64,000 nucleotides of DNA from the IMG/VR virus record IMGVR_UViG_3300037459_000123. The stretch is one strand, 5' to 3'. The DNA comes from an uncultured virus (IMG/VR IMGVR_UViG_3300037459_000123) (taxonomy: Duplodnaviria > Heunggongvirae > Uroviricota > Caudoviricetes). How positions within the stretch are numbered: position 1 is the first letter of the stretch; every line of letters starts with the position of its first letter. The notes under the pieces were generated by a model. The model was not told the origin of the DNA and ran no database searches. It was given only the letters and a program-made list of their open reading frames with translations. The translations under genes and the position numbers were made by a program. Below, piece after piece: positions 1 through 10,217 of this stretch.

Positions 1-1
1 G

Positions 2-634
2 ATGACGACGGCCAAGCGGTACATCGGGTGTTACAAACACTACAAGGGCACCAAGGCGACGGCCGACAGCAAGCCGGAGATCAAGGGGTTGGAGTACAAG
101 CGCGGTGACAGCGTCCGGTTCGCGCGGCAGATGCAGGAGGAGGTCGTCAATCTGCTCGTCGGTTTCAAGCAGGATGCGTCCGATGACCCGGAGGATTTTG
201 AGGAGGTACTCGACCGGTGGAAGGATCGCATCCTCGATGAGCCGGTTGATCTTGCGGACGTCATGGTTAGCCAGCGGCTCGGTAAGAATCTGTCCGATTA
301 CAAGCGCCGCAAGAAAAAGGACTCCGAGGACTGGGCACGCCAGCAGCCGCACATCGAGATCGCCCGGCTGCTCGAAGGCCGCGGGGCCGACGTCAGGGAG
401 GGGTCCAAAATCGAGTACGTGGTTACCGATGGATCGACCAAGCCTCTGACCGTGATTCCGGCTGAGGACTGGCCCGGCGACTGCGATCGGTTCGCCCTCT
501 GGGATGCCCTCGTGGCGCCTCCCACGCTGCGTCTCCTCGAAGCGGCTTTCCCGGACCACCCGTGGGGCCCTTGGGTTCGCACCCGCCCTCAGAAGGCCAG
601 GAAGGCCTGCAAGGCCAAGAAAAAAGTCGCTTGA
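2..634 (+). CDS. polB: Family B DNA polymerase, C-terminal part (truncated at window start)
   Basis: KRY..KGLEYKRGD, QQPHIEIAR and GSKIEYVVT motifs typical of the PolB palm/thumb region. Confidence 0.85.
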   Translation: MTTAKRYIGCYKHYKGTKATADSKPEIKGLEYKRGDSVRFARQMQEEVVNLLVGFKQDASDDPEDFEEVLDRWKDRILDEPVDLADVMVSQRLGKNLSDYKRRKKKDSEDWARQQPHIEIARLLEGRGADVREGSKIEYVVTDGSTKPLTVIPAEDWPGDCDRFALWDALVAPPTLRLLEAAFPDHPWGPWVRTRPQKARKACKAKKKVA

Positions 635-672
635 GGGGGCCGATCTGGTAGACCCGGCACCATAACGGTCCG

Positions 673-1332
673 ATGGCAACCAGACGGGGAACATCCAAAC
701 GTCGCCGCCGTAAGGTGGTGAAGCCTCCCGAGGCCTCAGCCGCCTCGGAGCCGGGCGAATCGCGTAGTCCGTTCGCTACGGCGGGGGACATTGCAGGCGA
801 CAGGCCCAAGTTCCCGAGCCCGGGACGGCTGCAAAACGGGTTCGAGACGATCATCAGTAACCTGTTTGATGATGGGTTCGACCCAGAGGCGGAGTTTCAG
901 GAGATCACGGCCGGGTTGGAGATCACAGGGTCGCTCACTCCGGTCACGATGCGTGAGGCGGCGAACGTATCCGAGGGCCTGGCCGATCGCGGGATGCGCC
1001 TCTACATCGTTGCCAAGCGGGAGGTCTCCGCGTACATGCGTGAGACTGATGCGATCGTTGGAGCCATCCGACAGGCGGCGACCGAGGTACTGGAGACCGA
1101 AAAGCGCACGGTTGTCCTCGACACTGAGGGTAAAAAGAAACCGCTCCGCACCAAGATGATCACAGACAAGGATGTCGACGGCGAGTGTGCGCGCCTGTAT
1201 CCAGACGAGTGGAGCGAGGTCACGGACCGCCGCGAAAAGGCGGACCTGATGCTCAGGCAAATCGAGAACCTCAAGGAACTGTCCAAGCAACGTGGTTGGA
1301 CGATTGGCAAGATGCTCGGCGGCGACCGCTGA
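673..1332 (+). CDS. Helical hypothetical protein, possibly UvsY-like recombination mediator
   Basis: Helical ORF between polB and the SSB/recA genes, leaderless promoter motif upstream; function inferred from context only. Confidence 0.45.
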   Translation: MATRRGTSKRRRRKVVKPPEASAASEPGESRSPFATAGDIAGDRPKFPSPGRLQNGFETIISNLFDDGFDPEAEFQEITAGLEITGSLTPVTMREAANVSEGLADRGMRLYIVAKREVSAYMRETDAIVGAIRQAATEVLETEKRTVVLDTEGKKKPLRTKMITDKDVDGECARLYPDEWSEVTDRREKADLMLRQIENLKELSKQRGWTIGKMLGGDR

Positions 1333-1345
1333 CCAGGAGACACGC

Positions 1346-2995
1346 ATGACAGCACGTTCGATGAACATGAAGGATTTTTTGGGGCACGAGACGTCCAGCG
1401 GAGGGCGGTCGAGCTATCTGGGCAAGTGGCGCGATCGTGAAAAGCATCTCGTCGACACCTGGATGCATATGTATGCACCACTGATCGGACTGTGGTCTCA
1501 CAATTGGCCGCGCATCGTCGAGCGCGACATCGATGGTGAAAAGGTGCGCCAAGTCTGGGGCGGCAAGTTCAACTCGTGGGAGCCGGAGGAGGTTCTCAAA
1601 AAGCAGCGCAAGCGAGATCCCAAGACCAAGGAGCGCGTGCTGCCTCCGCAGGTGTGTCCGATGTCGCTGTTCCTGGAGCGCGTCTACCAACTCTTACACG
1701 CGAAGGATCTGAAGTTTGCTGCCAAGCTGTTCAAGTTTGAGGGTGACGATCGGAAGGATCGGCGCATCCTCCGGGCGGGCGGTTTGGTCGGGTTGTTCAA
1801 CGACAAGATGACCGACAAGGAAAAGCGTGCGGTCAAGAAGGTTGGCGTCCGTTTGGACCTCGCATGGCAGCAGAACTCCATGGCCAAGTGCGGTTACATC
1901 TTCCAGATCGTCGACAACGACAACGTCGAGGACGGTGTGCAGGTCGCGGAGGAGGGCACGGCGCTTGGCGACAAGGTCAAGAAGCTGATCAAGGACAAGA
2001 TGGAGTCCGAGGGTGTCGAGGAGGGCAACCCGCTCATCAACCCGTTCTGTATCCGGTGGAAGCACGTCGATAAGGCCAAGACGTTCAACGACAAATACGA
2101 AGCCAAGGAGATGCGCAAGGTCAAGCTCAAGGACGAGATCCGCGAACTGATCGAGGACGAGGACACGCTCAACAACATCGATTTCACCCTCAAGCGCGGC
2201 AACATCACGGAGCTTCGCCTCTCGATGGAGCAGAACTACGTCGGCCCGGATGGGCTGTTTGACTGGGATGAGATCTTCGGTCCGTCCGAGGCGTTGGAGG
2301 AGGAGGAATCCGACGAGGAGGAGGAGCAGGAGGACAAGCCCCGCCGCAAGCGTGCGTCCAAGTTGCGCGACGATGACGAGGACGACGACGAGGAGGACGA
2401 CGACGAGGATGACGACGAATCTGATGACGATGACGAGTCAGAGGATGACGACGATGAGGACGAGGACGATGACGACGATGAGGACGACGAGCCTCCGCCG
2501 CCCAAGAAGAAAAAGAAGGCCAAGAAGTCGAAGCCTGCCAAGCCCGACAAGCCTGCCAAGCCCGCCAAGCCCAACAAGCCTGCCAAGAAGCCGAAGCCTG
2601 AGCCCGAGCCCGAGGAGGACGAGGGCGACGAGGATGACGAGGATGAGGACGACGACGAGAACGAGCCGGAGGCGAGCGGCGAGGACGTCGACTGCGACGA
2701 GTGCGGTAAGCAGATGAAGGCGAGCGAGGACGTCTGCCCACACTGCGGGTTCGATTACTCCGAGGAGGAGAGCGACGACGAGGACGAGGATGAGGACGAC
2801 GAGCCCAAGAAAAAGAAGTCCAAGAAGGCGAAGAAGAAAAAGAAACCCGCGCCCGATCCCGACGACGACGAGGACGAGGATGACGACGAGGACGAACCTC
2901 TGCCCAAGAAGAAGAAGTCCAAGAAGGGCAAGAAATCGAAAAAGGGCCGCCGCACCGTACCGGACGACACCGAAGAAGACGGCGTTCCCTTCTGA
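1346..2995 (+). CDS. Putative ssDNA-binding protein with long acidic/basic low-complexity tail and Zn ribbon
   Basis: AGGAG RBS before ATG 1346; D/E runs, CDECGK..CPHCG, C-terminal EEDGVPF resembling the SSB tail; directly upstream of recA. Confidence 0.6.
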   Translation: MTARSMNMKDFLGHETSSGGRSSYLGKWRDREKHLVDTWMHMYAPLIGLWSHNWPRIVERDIDGEKVRQVWGGKFNSWEPEEVLKKQRKRDPKTKERVLPPQVCPMSLFLERVYQLLHAKDLKFAAKLFKFEGDDRKDRRILRAGGLVGLFNDKMTDKEKRAVKKVGVRLDLAWQQNSMAKCGYIFQIVDNDNVEDGVQVAEEGTALGDKVKKLIKDKMESEGVEEGNPLINPFCIRWKHVDKAKTFNDKYEAKEMRKVKLKDEIRELIEDEDTLNNIDFTLKRGNITELRLSMEQNYVGPDGLFDWDEIFGPSEALEEEESDEEEEQEDKPRRKRASKLRDDDEDDDEEDDDEDDDESDDDDESEDDDDEDEDDDDDEDDEPPPPKKKKKAKKSKPAKPDKPAKPAKPNKPAKKPKPEPEPEEDEGDEDDEDEDDDENEPEASGEDVDCDECGKQMKASEDVCPHCGFDYSEEESDDEDEDEDDEPKKKKSKKAKKKKKPAPDPDDDEDEDDDEDEPLPKKKKSKKGKKSKKGRRTVPDDTEEDGVPF

Positions 2996-3010
2996 TTGAT
3001 CTCCGTGGGT

Positions 3011-3030
3011 CAGGGGGTGCATTCCCCCTG
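3011..3030 (+). terminator. GC-rich hairpin after the SSB-like gene (possible terminator or processing site)
   Basis: CAGGGGG-TGCATT-CCCCCTG perfect 7 bp stem, no strong U-tract. Confidence 0.3.
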
Positions 3031-3064
3031 TGCTCCCTGGCCTCGGGGTCAAGTAAGGCAATCG

Positions 3065-5365
3065 ATGGGACGCAAGACGAAACCGGTGGCGGCACCCGCC
3101 AAGAAGAAAACGCGCCGCTCCTCTGGTAAGAAAAAGAAGGGAGCAAAGCGCGACCGCCTCAAGGCGCTGGCTGCTGTCGCCAAGAAGGCGGAGGGTTGGG
3201 CACCAGGGCGCGAAGTGCTCACGGCCATTCGTTCGGTGTCGACGATCTTTCCGCAGTTCGACGTCGCCACACGCATCGGCGGATGTCCGTTGCAGCGGGT
3301 GATCCTGATTCACGGTCCGAGCAACCACGGCAAGGCCCAACCACTCTCGGCGAAGGTGTTGACGCCGATGGGTTGGGTGAAGATGGGAGATATCAACAAG
3401 GGTAGCCTGGTGATCGGAAGCGATGGCCGGGCAACTCGTGTACTGGGAGTATTTCCACAGGGGCAAAAGCCAGTTTATGAGGTCGTGACCAGGGATGGCC
3501 GAACCCGGTGTTGTGAAGATCACCTGTGGTTCACGACAACCGTGCGAGAGTTGGATCGGGGTAGATATGTGCGAGGCCCCCGACCTGAACGCGAACGGAT
3601 TCCGACAGGTTTGGCGGGGCAGGGCTCGGTCAAAAGTCTCGCCGAGATCGAGGAGACGTTGGAGGCCGGGCATTATTTACCGCGTCTCAGTAACTCGGCT
3701 CAGTTCATAAGTGTCTATTCGATCGACACGGTGACTCCGTACACTCTTGGGTTGCTGTTGGGCGATGGCAATCTGACAAACGGTCATGTGTCGTTGACAT
3801 CAGACGATGAGAGTTGTCGCGAGCAAATACGCAACGAGGCCGAGGCCAATGGAGATGTCACGCGGGAGGATGGGCCCCTTCACGATCGGACGCCGACGAT
3901 CCATGTGCACGGTGCGAAGGGCAGCGGGAACGGAAAGGGGCCGTCCGCGATGAGGCAGGCGCTCGAAAATCTTGAGTTGGGGGAAACCAGATCCAATACC
4001 AAGTTCGTTCCGCGTGGATACCTGATGGCATGCCCGGACGACCGTCTTGCGATATTACGTGGGCTATTGGACAGCGATGGTTATGTGACGGCGGATGGTA
4101 CGTCGGCAGAATTCGTAACGACTTCTGAGCGGTTAGCCGAGGATGTTGCGTTCCTTACCCGCTCGTTGGGCGGTCATGTTCGGACAGCTACAAAGGATCC
4201 GTACTACGTCACAGAGACGGGCCGTGTGTACGGGAAAAAGGCGTGGCGTTTGTTGATCGCGTTCGACAACAACGACATCTGTCCGTTCCTGTTGGAGCGT
4301 AAGGCGCGGATGTGGGCGTCAGATCGTAAGTCGTATCGGAATCGCATCGAGCAGATTATCGAACTCGGCGAGGAAGAGTGTCAGTGCATCCTCGTGGAAG
4401 CTTATGACAGCCTTTATGTCACCGATGATTTCTTGCTGACCCACAACACCGTGTTCGCGCATGGTCTCGGGTTGTCGTTCCTGAATCGCGATCACTTCTA
4501 CAACTTCATTGACGCGGAGTTCACGACGCCCAAGGACTGGGTGCGCAAGCTGCTCCGCAAACAGGCCGACCATCCTGGATTTCTGGCGAAGCGACCAACG
4601 GACTACGAACAGACGCGCAAGGCGGTGCGCGATTTCTTGGACCTCATGAGCAAGGCGCGCGCCGATGACGAGCTACCGGATGACACCGGCGCGTTCATGG
4701 TGGTCGACTCCATTCGCAAGCTCGTGCCCAAGAACATGATGGACAAGCTCGAAGCGGGGAAGGGTGGGATCGACGGGATGAAGGGCCGCGCGGGGATGAT
4801 TCAGGCGGCCTACAACACTGCGTGGATGAACGAACTGGTCCCGCTGCTGTTCTACTCGAACGCCACCATGGCGATCATCACCCGCGAAGCGGAGAACACA
4901 GAAGCAACCAACGAATATGATCTTGATTACAAGGTCACTGGGGGGACGGCCATCGTTTACGACTCGTCGCTCGCCATTCGTATTCAGCGTGCCGCGTGGG
5001 TGTCCAACGGCAAGAAGGAAAAGGCACGGAGGATCTACGGCGAGCGTCATCGGATTACGATTCACAAGACCAAGGTCGGCGGCAAGGAGGGCAAGGTCGT
5101 CCAGTGCTATTTCCACACGTCCAACGGCGAGTTTGTTCGGGAAGGATTCGACCGCCCGCGCGACGTTGTCGACATGGCGAAGCAGTGCGGCGTGCTCGGT
5201 AAGCGCGGCTCGTGGTTGGACTTCGGGGATCACTCGTGGAACGGAGAGAACGAGGCGGTGAAAGCACTCCATGATCTGCCTGGCGTCTGCATGGAGATCG
5301 AGACGCTGTGCCGCGACAAGTTCAAGCCGATGGAGATCGACCCGGACACCGGAGAGGTTCTCTGA
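3065..5365 (+). CDS. recA: RecA/UvsX recombinase interrupted by an intein
   Basis: IGGCPLQRVILIHGPSNHGK|T Walker A, FIDAE, MVVDSI Walker B, TGGTAIVYDSSL, KTKVG. Confidence 0.9.
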   Translation: MGRKTKPVAAPAKKKTRRSSGKKKKGAKRDRLKALAAVAKKAEGWAPGREVLTAIRSVSTIFPQFDVATRIGGCPLQRVILIHGPSNHGKAQPLSAKVLTPMGWVKMGDINKGSLVIGSDGRATRVLGVFPQGQKPVYEVVTRDGRTRCCEDHLWFTTTVRELDRGRYVRGPRPERERIPTGLAGQGSVKSLAEIEETLEAGHYLPRLSNSAQFISVYSIDTVTPYTLGLLLGDGNLTNGHVSLTSDDESCREQIRNEAEANGDVTREDGPLHDRTPTIHVHGAKGSGNGKGPSAMRQALENLELGETRSNTKFVPRGYLMACPDDRLAILRGLLDSDGYVTADGTSAEFVTTSERLAEDVAFLTRSLGGHVRTATKDPYYVTETGRVYGKKAWRLLIAFDNNDICPFLLERKARMWASDRKSYRNRIEQIIELGEEECQCILVEAYDSLYVTDDFLLTHNTVFAHGLGLSFLNRDHFYNFIDAEFTTPKDWVRKLLRKQADHPGFLAKRPTDYEQTRKAVRDFLDLMSKARADDELPDDTGAFMVVDSIRKLVPKNMMDKLEAGKGGIDGMKGRAGMIQAAYNTAWMNELVPLLFYSNATMAIITREAENTEATNEYDLDYKVTGGTAIVYDSSLAIRIQRAAWVSNGKKEKARRIYGERHRITIHKTKVGGKEGKVVQCYFHTSNGEFVREGFDRPRDVVDMAKQCGVLGKRGSWLDFGDHSWNGENEAVKALHDLPGVCMEIETLCRDKFKPMEIDPDTGEVL
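3335..4447 (+). mobile_element. Ala1 (class 3-type) intein with LAGLIDADG homing endonuclease, 371 aa
   Basis: Starts AQPLSAKVLTP after P-loop GK and ends LLTHN/T; block B DHLW, block F CQC; LGLLLGDG and LRGLLDSDG motifs. Confidence 0.9.
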
Positions 5366-6404
5366 TGGGAGTCCAAATCCCAGAGGGCTACTTCGATGCG
5401 CCGGGATCGGTGTGCCTCGAAAAGAGCCGGGCGGGTAAAGCGATCAAGGTGGACATGCCGGACGTCGCGGACGGTGCGTGGATCCCGTTGTCGCTGATCC
5501 ACGATGACTCCGAGGTCTACGACGAGGGCCACGAGGGCACGCTGATCGTGGCGGAGTGGTTCGCGGAGAAAAAGGGGTGGATGTGAACGACGGGATAACA
5601 ACGGTCTGCAAATACGTAGCGGGCCAAGTGTGGGAGACCCGGGGCGGTTGGAAATCTAGGATCGTGTGGGTAGCGCGCAACGGCGTTCGGATGTACGTCA
5701 TCCACAGGCCGGAGGAGATCGGCGAGTCGGGTCCGATTTTTCATCGGCAAGCGGACGGTCGGGCGTTCTCTGAGTTGTCGGTGGACGAGCCTCCGGTCTA
5801 TGACGAGCACCCGGCGGACTTGGTTCGGCAACTTGCCTGAGTTGTCACAGGACGCGGCGGTGACGCTGGGGCTGTTCATCGTGGTCGCGGTGGGGGTCAT
5901 CTTTTTTCTGTGGCGTGTCCGTGTACAGAACCGGCGGAAGCGCGCGCGCTCGCGGTTGAAACGGGTGGTGGTGAAGGCGACACCCAAGCAGATCAAGAAG
6001 TTGATCGCGGCGGGTGACGACAAGGAGCAGCGGAACAAGGTGGGTACGGACATCATCATGGGCGAGTCCGCGCGCCGTGGAGCCAACCGGCTGCAACACG
6101 TGGAGGATCGCAATCGTAAGAAGCGCGAGCGCAAGGATCGGAAGAAGAACCGACGATGAGTAGTCAGCGCGAGTACAGGACGACTGGCACTAAATATCAT
6201 GTGGATGCTGAGATTCCGTGGCCGGTTGTCCCGGATGGTGACGGATGGGTGATGTGTGGATCGGCGGCTGCGATGGAAGCGGGTTGGATCAGGTTGATTT
6301 GGTCGTGGGTACGCAAGCCCGAGGTCAAGCCGTGTGCGTCTTGTCACGCGGTTGCATTCACCGAGGACGGTAAGTGTGTCGGGTGTGGAACGGTGTCGCA
6401 GTGA
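5365..6404 (+). other. Four small coupled hypothetical ORFs (5365-5586, 5583-5840, ~5800-6159 with TM helix, 6156-6404 with Zn ribbon)
   Basis: Overlapping stop/start codons and typical codon usage. Confidence 0.6.
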
Positions 6405-7096
6405 GCAAGGCCATCATCTCCAGCGATTGGCATTTAGACTGGATCACTGCCGGGTTCCCACGCTATGACGAGATCGACGCGGCGATCGATCAGTCGGTGG
6501 ACTGCGCGATCAAGATGCCGGGAGCCTCGCCGTTGTATCTGTTCGGCGGCGACCTCACTGATCCGGATAATCTGCGATGTCATGCGGCGCTCGCCAAGGC
6601 GGTGCAGGTCGCTCAGCGGTTGAACGATGGCGGGGTCTCGTCCCTCTGGATCACTGGGAACCACGACGTGATCGAGGATGGCTCCGGACATCACACGCTG
6701 ATGGCGTTGCAACACATCCCGGGCGTCACGGTGGCGGATTCGCCGGAACTGTACGGCGACGTGTTCTGCCTGCCATTCACTCCGACCTCACACAGCTACG
6801 ATCCGGATGACATTGTCCGCTTGGCCCATGCGCGCGGAGATGATCCCAAGGTCGTCCTCGGGCATCTCAACGTCGAGGGCATCGTCCCCGGAAGCGAGAC
6901 CACGCAGATGCCTCGCGGCCGGGATGTGTTCTGGCCGCTCGATGCGCTCAAGGAGTGCTGGCCGAACGCCACGCTGATCGGTGGTCACTACCATGAGCGG
7001 CAGAATTACAAAGGCATCAACATCATCGGCTCTCTGGCGCGGCTCGCGTTCGGGGAGGAGGACAACGATCCGGCGTTCGCGGTGGTGGAGTTCTGA
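6401..7096 (+). CDS. sbcD: SbcD/Mre11 metallophosphoesterase catalytic domain
   Basis: SDWH, GGDL, GNHD, LGH and GGHYH motifs; upstream of sbcC. Confidence 0.85.
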   Translation: MSKAIISSDWHLDWITAGFPRYDEIDAAIDQSVDCAIKMPGASPLYLFGGDLTDPDNLRCHAALAKAVQVAQRLNDGGVSSLWITGNHDVIEDGSGHHTLMALQHIPGVTVADSPELYGDVFCLPFTPTSHSYDPDDIVRLAHARGDDPKVVLGHLNVEGIVPGSETTQMPRGRDVFWPLDALKECWPNATLIGGHYHERQNYKGINIIGSLARLAFGEEDNDPAFAVVEF

Positions 7097-7365
7097 TGAA
7101 CGGCGAAACGGGAAAGCCGCTGTGTAGAGCTACGTCAAGCGGTCGATTCGCTACGGTGGTCTCGTACGACGACACCGGCAGCGGCGGGGAAAAGACCACG
7201 CTCCTTTTCAAGACAGAGGAAGAGGCGGCCGAATGCGCACGTCGTTTGAACATGCCGTGGACGGATCCCAGGTCCAGTCGCCCGTGCTCCGACTGTGGAC
7301 GCACTGTTTTTGGTGAGTACACGCGGTGCCCATTTGAGTGTGCCCCGATCAAGGACGGCGAGTGA
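7096..7365 (+). CDS. Small Cys-containing hypothetical protein between the two SbcD parts
   Basis: TGATG coupling on both sides; CSDC..CPFEC. Confidence 0.6.
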   Translation: MNGETGKPLCRATSSGRFATVVSYDDTGSGGEKTTLLFKTEEEAAECARRLNMPWTDPRSSRPCSDCGRTVFGEYTRCPFECAPIKDGE

Positions 7366-7775
7366 TGGGGCGCCGGGTCAAGCGCAAGGTCGAGTTTCAC
7401 AAGGTGCGGGCACGCAAGCTCATCACCGTCGAGCGGGACGATGACGCGTGGGAGGACGGTGAGATTATCATCGGGGCAGACCCCGAGGTATTTAGGGGTG
7501 CGTTGGTCCGCATTCGGCCGCCAGGTCATGCGAGTGACGGCGATATCGAGGCCATCCGCCAGGCTGTGCTCAAGTGCAAGCCCGCGGCGATCAAGATGCT
7601 GCCGCGCGAAGCGGGCGAGGCCGTGGTGGATGTCGATAACGAACCGGCCGACCCCGAGGATCAGCGGCCGCTCCGACAGGTGGTGATGGACCGCGCCGAG
7701 CGCGTCAAGAACGTCCGAGACGAGGCGGCGCTGGAGTCTGCGCTCATCGAATCCTGTGACGCGGCGGGGCTCTGA
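7365..7775 (+). CDS. Probable separately encoded SbcD/Mre11 C-terminal (capping/Rad50-binding) part
   Basis: VEFHKVRARKLITVE..GALVRI resembles the segment that follows the phosphoesterase domain in SbcD. Confidence 0.5.
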   Translation: MGRRVKRKVEFHKVRARKLITVERDDDAWEDGEIIIGADPEVFRGALVRIRPPGHASDGDIEAIRQAVLKCKPAAIKMLPREAGEAVVDVDNEPADPEDQRPLRQVVMDRAERVKNVRDEAALESALIESCDAAGL

Positions 7776-7782
7776 GGTAAAC

Positions 7783-9666
7783 ATGTTTACTCGTCGGATC
7801 ACCCTCCACAACTGGGGCCCCTACCGGGGAGAGCACACTCTCGAACTCGGGCCGCACGTCTACGGGGTGACCGCTCAGCACGATGACGACAGCCGTCGGA
7901 GCAACTGGCTCGGCAAGTCGTGGTTTCTGGCGGCGTTCAAGTTCGCGCTGTACGGGGTGCGGCCGAAATCGGCCGCCACGGAGGACGACTGGATCTCCTG
8001 GGGTGAGGAGGACGGGGGGGTGTTGCTCGAACTGACAGACGGCACCTGCATCGAGCGCACACGGACGATCGGCTCCTCGACCCAGTTGAGGGTTGGGAAG
8101 GCCACCCAGAAAAAGGCGCAAGCCGCTCTCGACCGCCTGACCGGGATGGACAAGGACGATTTCGACTCCGGCGCGTTCGTCGGCCAAAAGCAGATCTCCA
8201 AGCTCGTGACCGCCCTGCCGTCGGAGCGGACCAAGCTGGTCACCGGGTGGCTGGCGCTGGGGCCGCTCAAGGCAGCCCAGGCGCATGCGGCCGACCGTCT
8301 GCGAGAGAGGGGCCAGGAGGCCCGGCGGCACAGGGATCGGGCCCTTGTGCTGGCCGAGGCGGCGGCTGCCTGGGAGGGCCTGGAGGAGCGGCTGTCGGTG
8401 GTTCGCAAGCGGCGGGCGAAGCTGACCAAGGTCCACGAAAAGGCCACTGTAAAAATGCGGGATTTGGAGGCACATCGGAGGCACGCTGAGCGGGCGGTCG
8501 AATACACCGAGATTGTGGCCGATGGCCAGGCGCTCAGGGCTAAGCTCGAACAGGCCCAGGAGGGCCCCTCTCCGGCTCTCTTACGCGACAAGGCGACGAA
8601 AGCGCACGCTGACAAGCAGGCGGCGGTGCGTCGGACACGCGACCTTGAGAAGCTCGTACAGGGCGAGTTTGATGGCCAGTGTCCGGTCACCTGCGAGGAG
8701 TGCCCGGTGGCTGAGAACGTGATCGCCAAGGGTAGGGAGATGTCGGACGAGTGGGAAGAGGCCAGGGCGGAGGCGGCCAAAGCGACGGCGACCTATCAGA
8801 AGCGCGATCGAGAGGCGGGCAAGGCCGAGGATGCTGTCAGGTCCAGGGAGCGCGATCTCGGGCGACTCGACACCCTACGCGAGCAGGCCGAGGCGATGCT
8901 GGACAGCCGCGATTACATCCGCGAGCACGGTGATCCGCCGGAGGCCATCGATACCAAGACGATGGCCGTCGAGTTGGCTGGGCTCACTGCGCAGATTGCT
9001 CAACTCGAACGCGACGAGTCCGAGCGGGACAAGCACGTCGACGAGGTTGAGACGATCGACCTGGCACTCACGATGCTCAACGACGATGTCCAGACGTGGC
9101 GCGAAGCGGTGCAGGTCATCCGCGGCGCGCACCGTGAGATCAGCGAGGGCGCGCTCACGGCCATGGAGAACGGCGCCAACGCGCTGATGACTGACGCCGG
9201 GATCGACCTGACGTTGGAGGTTCAGTGGGAGCATGAGGGCGGCGGCCTGGCCTCGAACTGCGATCAGTGCGGCAGTCCGTACCCGAGCAGCCGATCGATC
9301 AAGACGTGCGGCACCTGTGAGGCCGAGCGCGGTAAGAAGATCATCGAGGAGCTACACCTTGTGCCTTCCGACGTCAGCGGCGCAGCGGAGGACATCACGG
9401 GGCTTGCCTTCCAACTGTCGGCGGCGGCGTGGCTGCGCGTGCGGCGCGGCAGCGATTGGGAGAGCGTGTTCATTGACGAACCGTTCGGCTCCCTCGACCC
9501 GGCCAACCGGGAAGCGCTGTCCATGCACCTGCATCAACTCCTGCGCAGTCGCTACGCGTTCAAGCAAGCATTCCTCGTGTCGCACGACCCCGGAGTCATG
9601 GCGGCGATGCCGCACCTGATCACGATTCGGTCGGATGGCGAATCGTCGAGGCTGGAGGTGGCGTAG
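7783..9666 (+). CDS. sbcC: SbcC/Rad50 SMC-family ATPase
   Basis: SNWLGKS Walker A, coiled coils, CPVTCEEC hook, VSGAAE signature, VFIDEPFGSLD, VSH. Confidence 0.9.
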   Translation: MFTRRITLHNWGPYRGEHTLELGPHVYGVTAQHDDDSRRSNWLGKSWFLAAFKFALYGVRPKSAATEDDWISWGEEDGGVLLELTDGTCIERTRTIGSSTQLRVGKATQKKAQAALDRLTGMDKDDFDSGAFVGQKQISKLVTALPSERTKLVTGWLALGPLKAAQAHAADRLRERGQEARRHRDRALVLAEAAAAWEGLEERLSVVRKRRAKLTKVHEKATVKMRDLEAHRRHAERAVEYTEIVADGQALRAKLEQAQEGPSPALLRDKATKAHADKQAAVRRTRDLEKLVQGEFDGQCPVTCEECPVAENVIAKGREMSDEWEEARAEAAKATATYQKRDREAGKAEDAVRSRERDLGRLDTLREQAEAMLDSRDYIREHGDPPEAIDTKTMAVELAGLTAQIAQLERDESERDKHVDEVETIDLALTMLNDDVQTWREAVQVIRGAHREISEGALTAMENGANALMTDAGIDLTLEVQWEHEGGGLASNCDQCGSPYPSSRSIKTCGTCEAERGKKIIEELHLVPSDVSGAAEDITGLAFQLSAAAWLRVRRGSDWESVFIDEPFGSLDPANREALSMHLHQLLRSRYAFKQAFLVSHDPGVMAAMPHLITIRSDGESSRLEVA

Positions 9667-10217
9667 TGGGGCGTTCGGTCAAACGGCGCACGCGGCGGCA
9701 GGTTCGCGAGGTTGAACCCACCTACGTTGGGATCGACGCGTCCCTGACCTGTACTGGATTCGTGGCGATCACTGGCGACTTGGTTACGACTGAGCAGATC
9801 AAGCCACCGTCGGATCTCGGCGAGTGCGAGCGTATCCAGTGGATGCGCGACGAGATTCTCAGCCGCGTCCTACAACTGCAACCGCGCGCCGTCGGGATCG
9901 AGGGCTTCGCATTCGCGCAGGCCAACCGCGCACACCAACTCGGCGGGCTCGGTTACGTCCTGCGGATTGCGATGATCGAGCGGGGGGTGAAGCTCTACAG
10001 CGTCCCGATCGGCGTCAACAAGAAGTTTGTCACCGGCAAGGGCAATAGTCCCAAGGCGGTCATGATCCTCAACGTGTTCAAAAAGTGGGGATTCGAGACG
10101 GCCAGCGACGACATCGCGGATGGCTACGGAGTGACGCGCTGTATCGAGGCGTACTTTTCAGATTCCGAGACGCAACGCGTCCAGGACGTCAAGCGCAAGG
10201 TGGAGCGGGTGCGATGA
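9666..10217 (+). CDS. ruvC: RuvC-like Holliday junction resolvase
   Basis: VGIDASLTCTG, GIEG, KKFVTGKGNSPK, DDIADGYG. Confidence 0.85.
   Translation: MGRSVKRRTRRQVREVEPTYVGIDASLTCTGFVAITGDLVTTEQIKPPSDLGECERIQWMRDEILSRVLQLQPRAVGIEGFAFAQANRAHQLGGLGYVLRIAMIERGVKLYSVPIGVNKKFVTGKGNSPKAVMILNVFKKWGFETASDDIADGYGVTRCIEAYFSDSETQRVQDVKRKVERVR

Noticed and set aside
2205..3673. Long minus-strand ORFs here and elsewhere (e.g. 43945-45009, 55881-57206)
   Set aside because: Antisense shadows of GC-rich or low-complexity plus-strand genes, with no motifs or RBS
5325..5365. RecA C-terminal EIDPDTGEVL as another copy of the array leader
   Set aside because: DxxTGE tails are common in recombination proteins and the PF-x-I part is missing; resemblance noted but not counted
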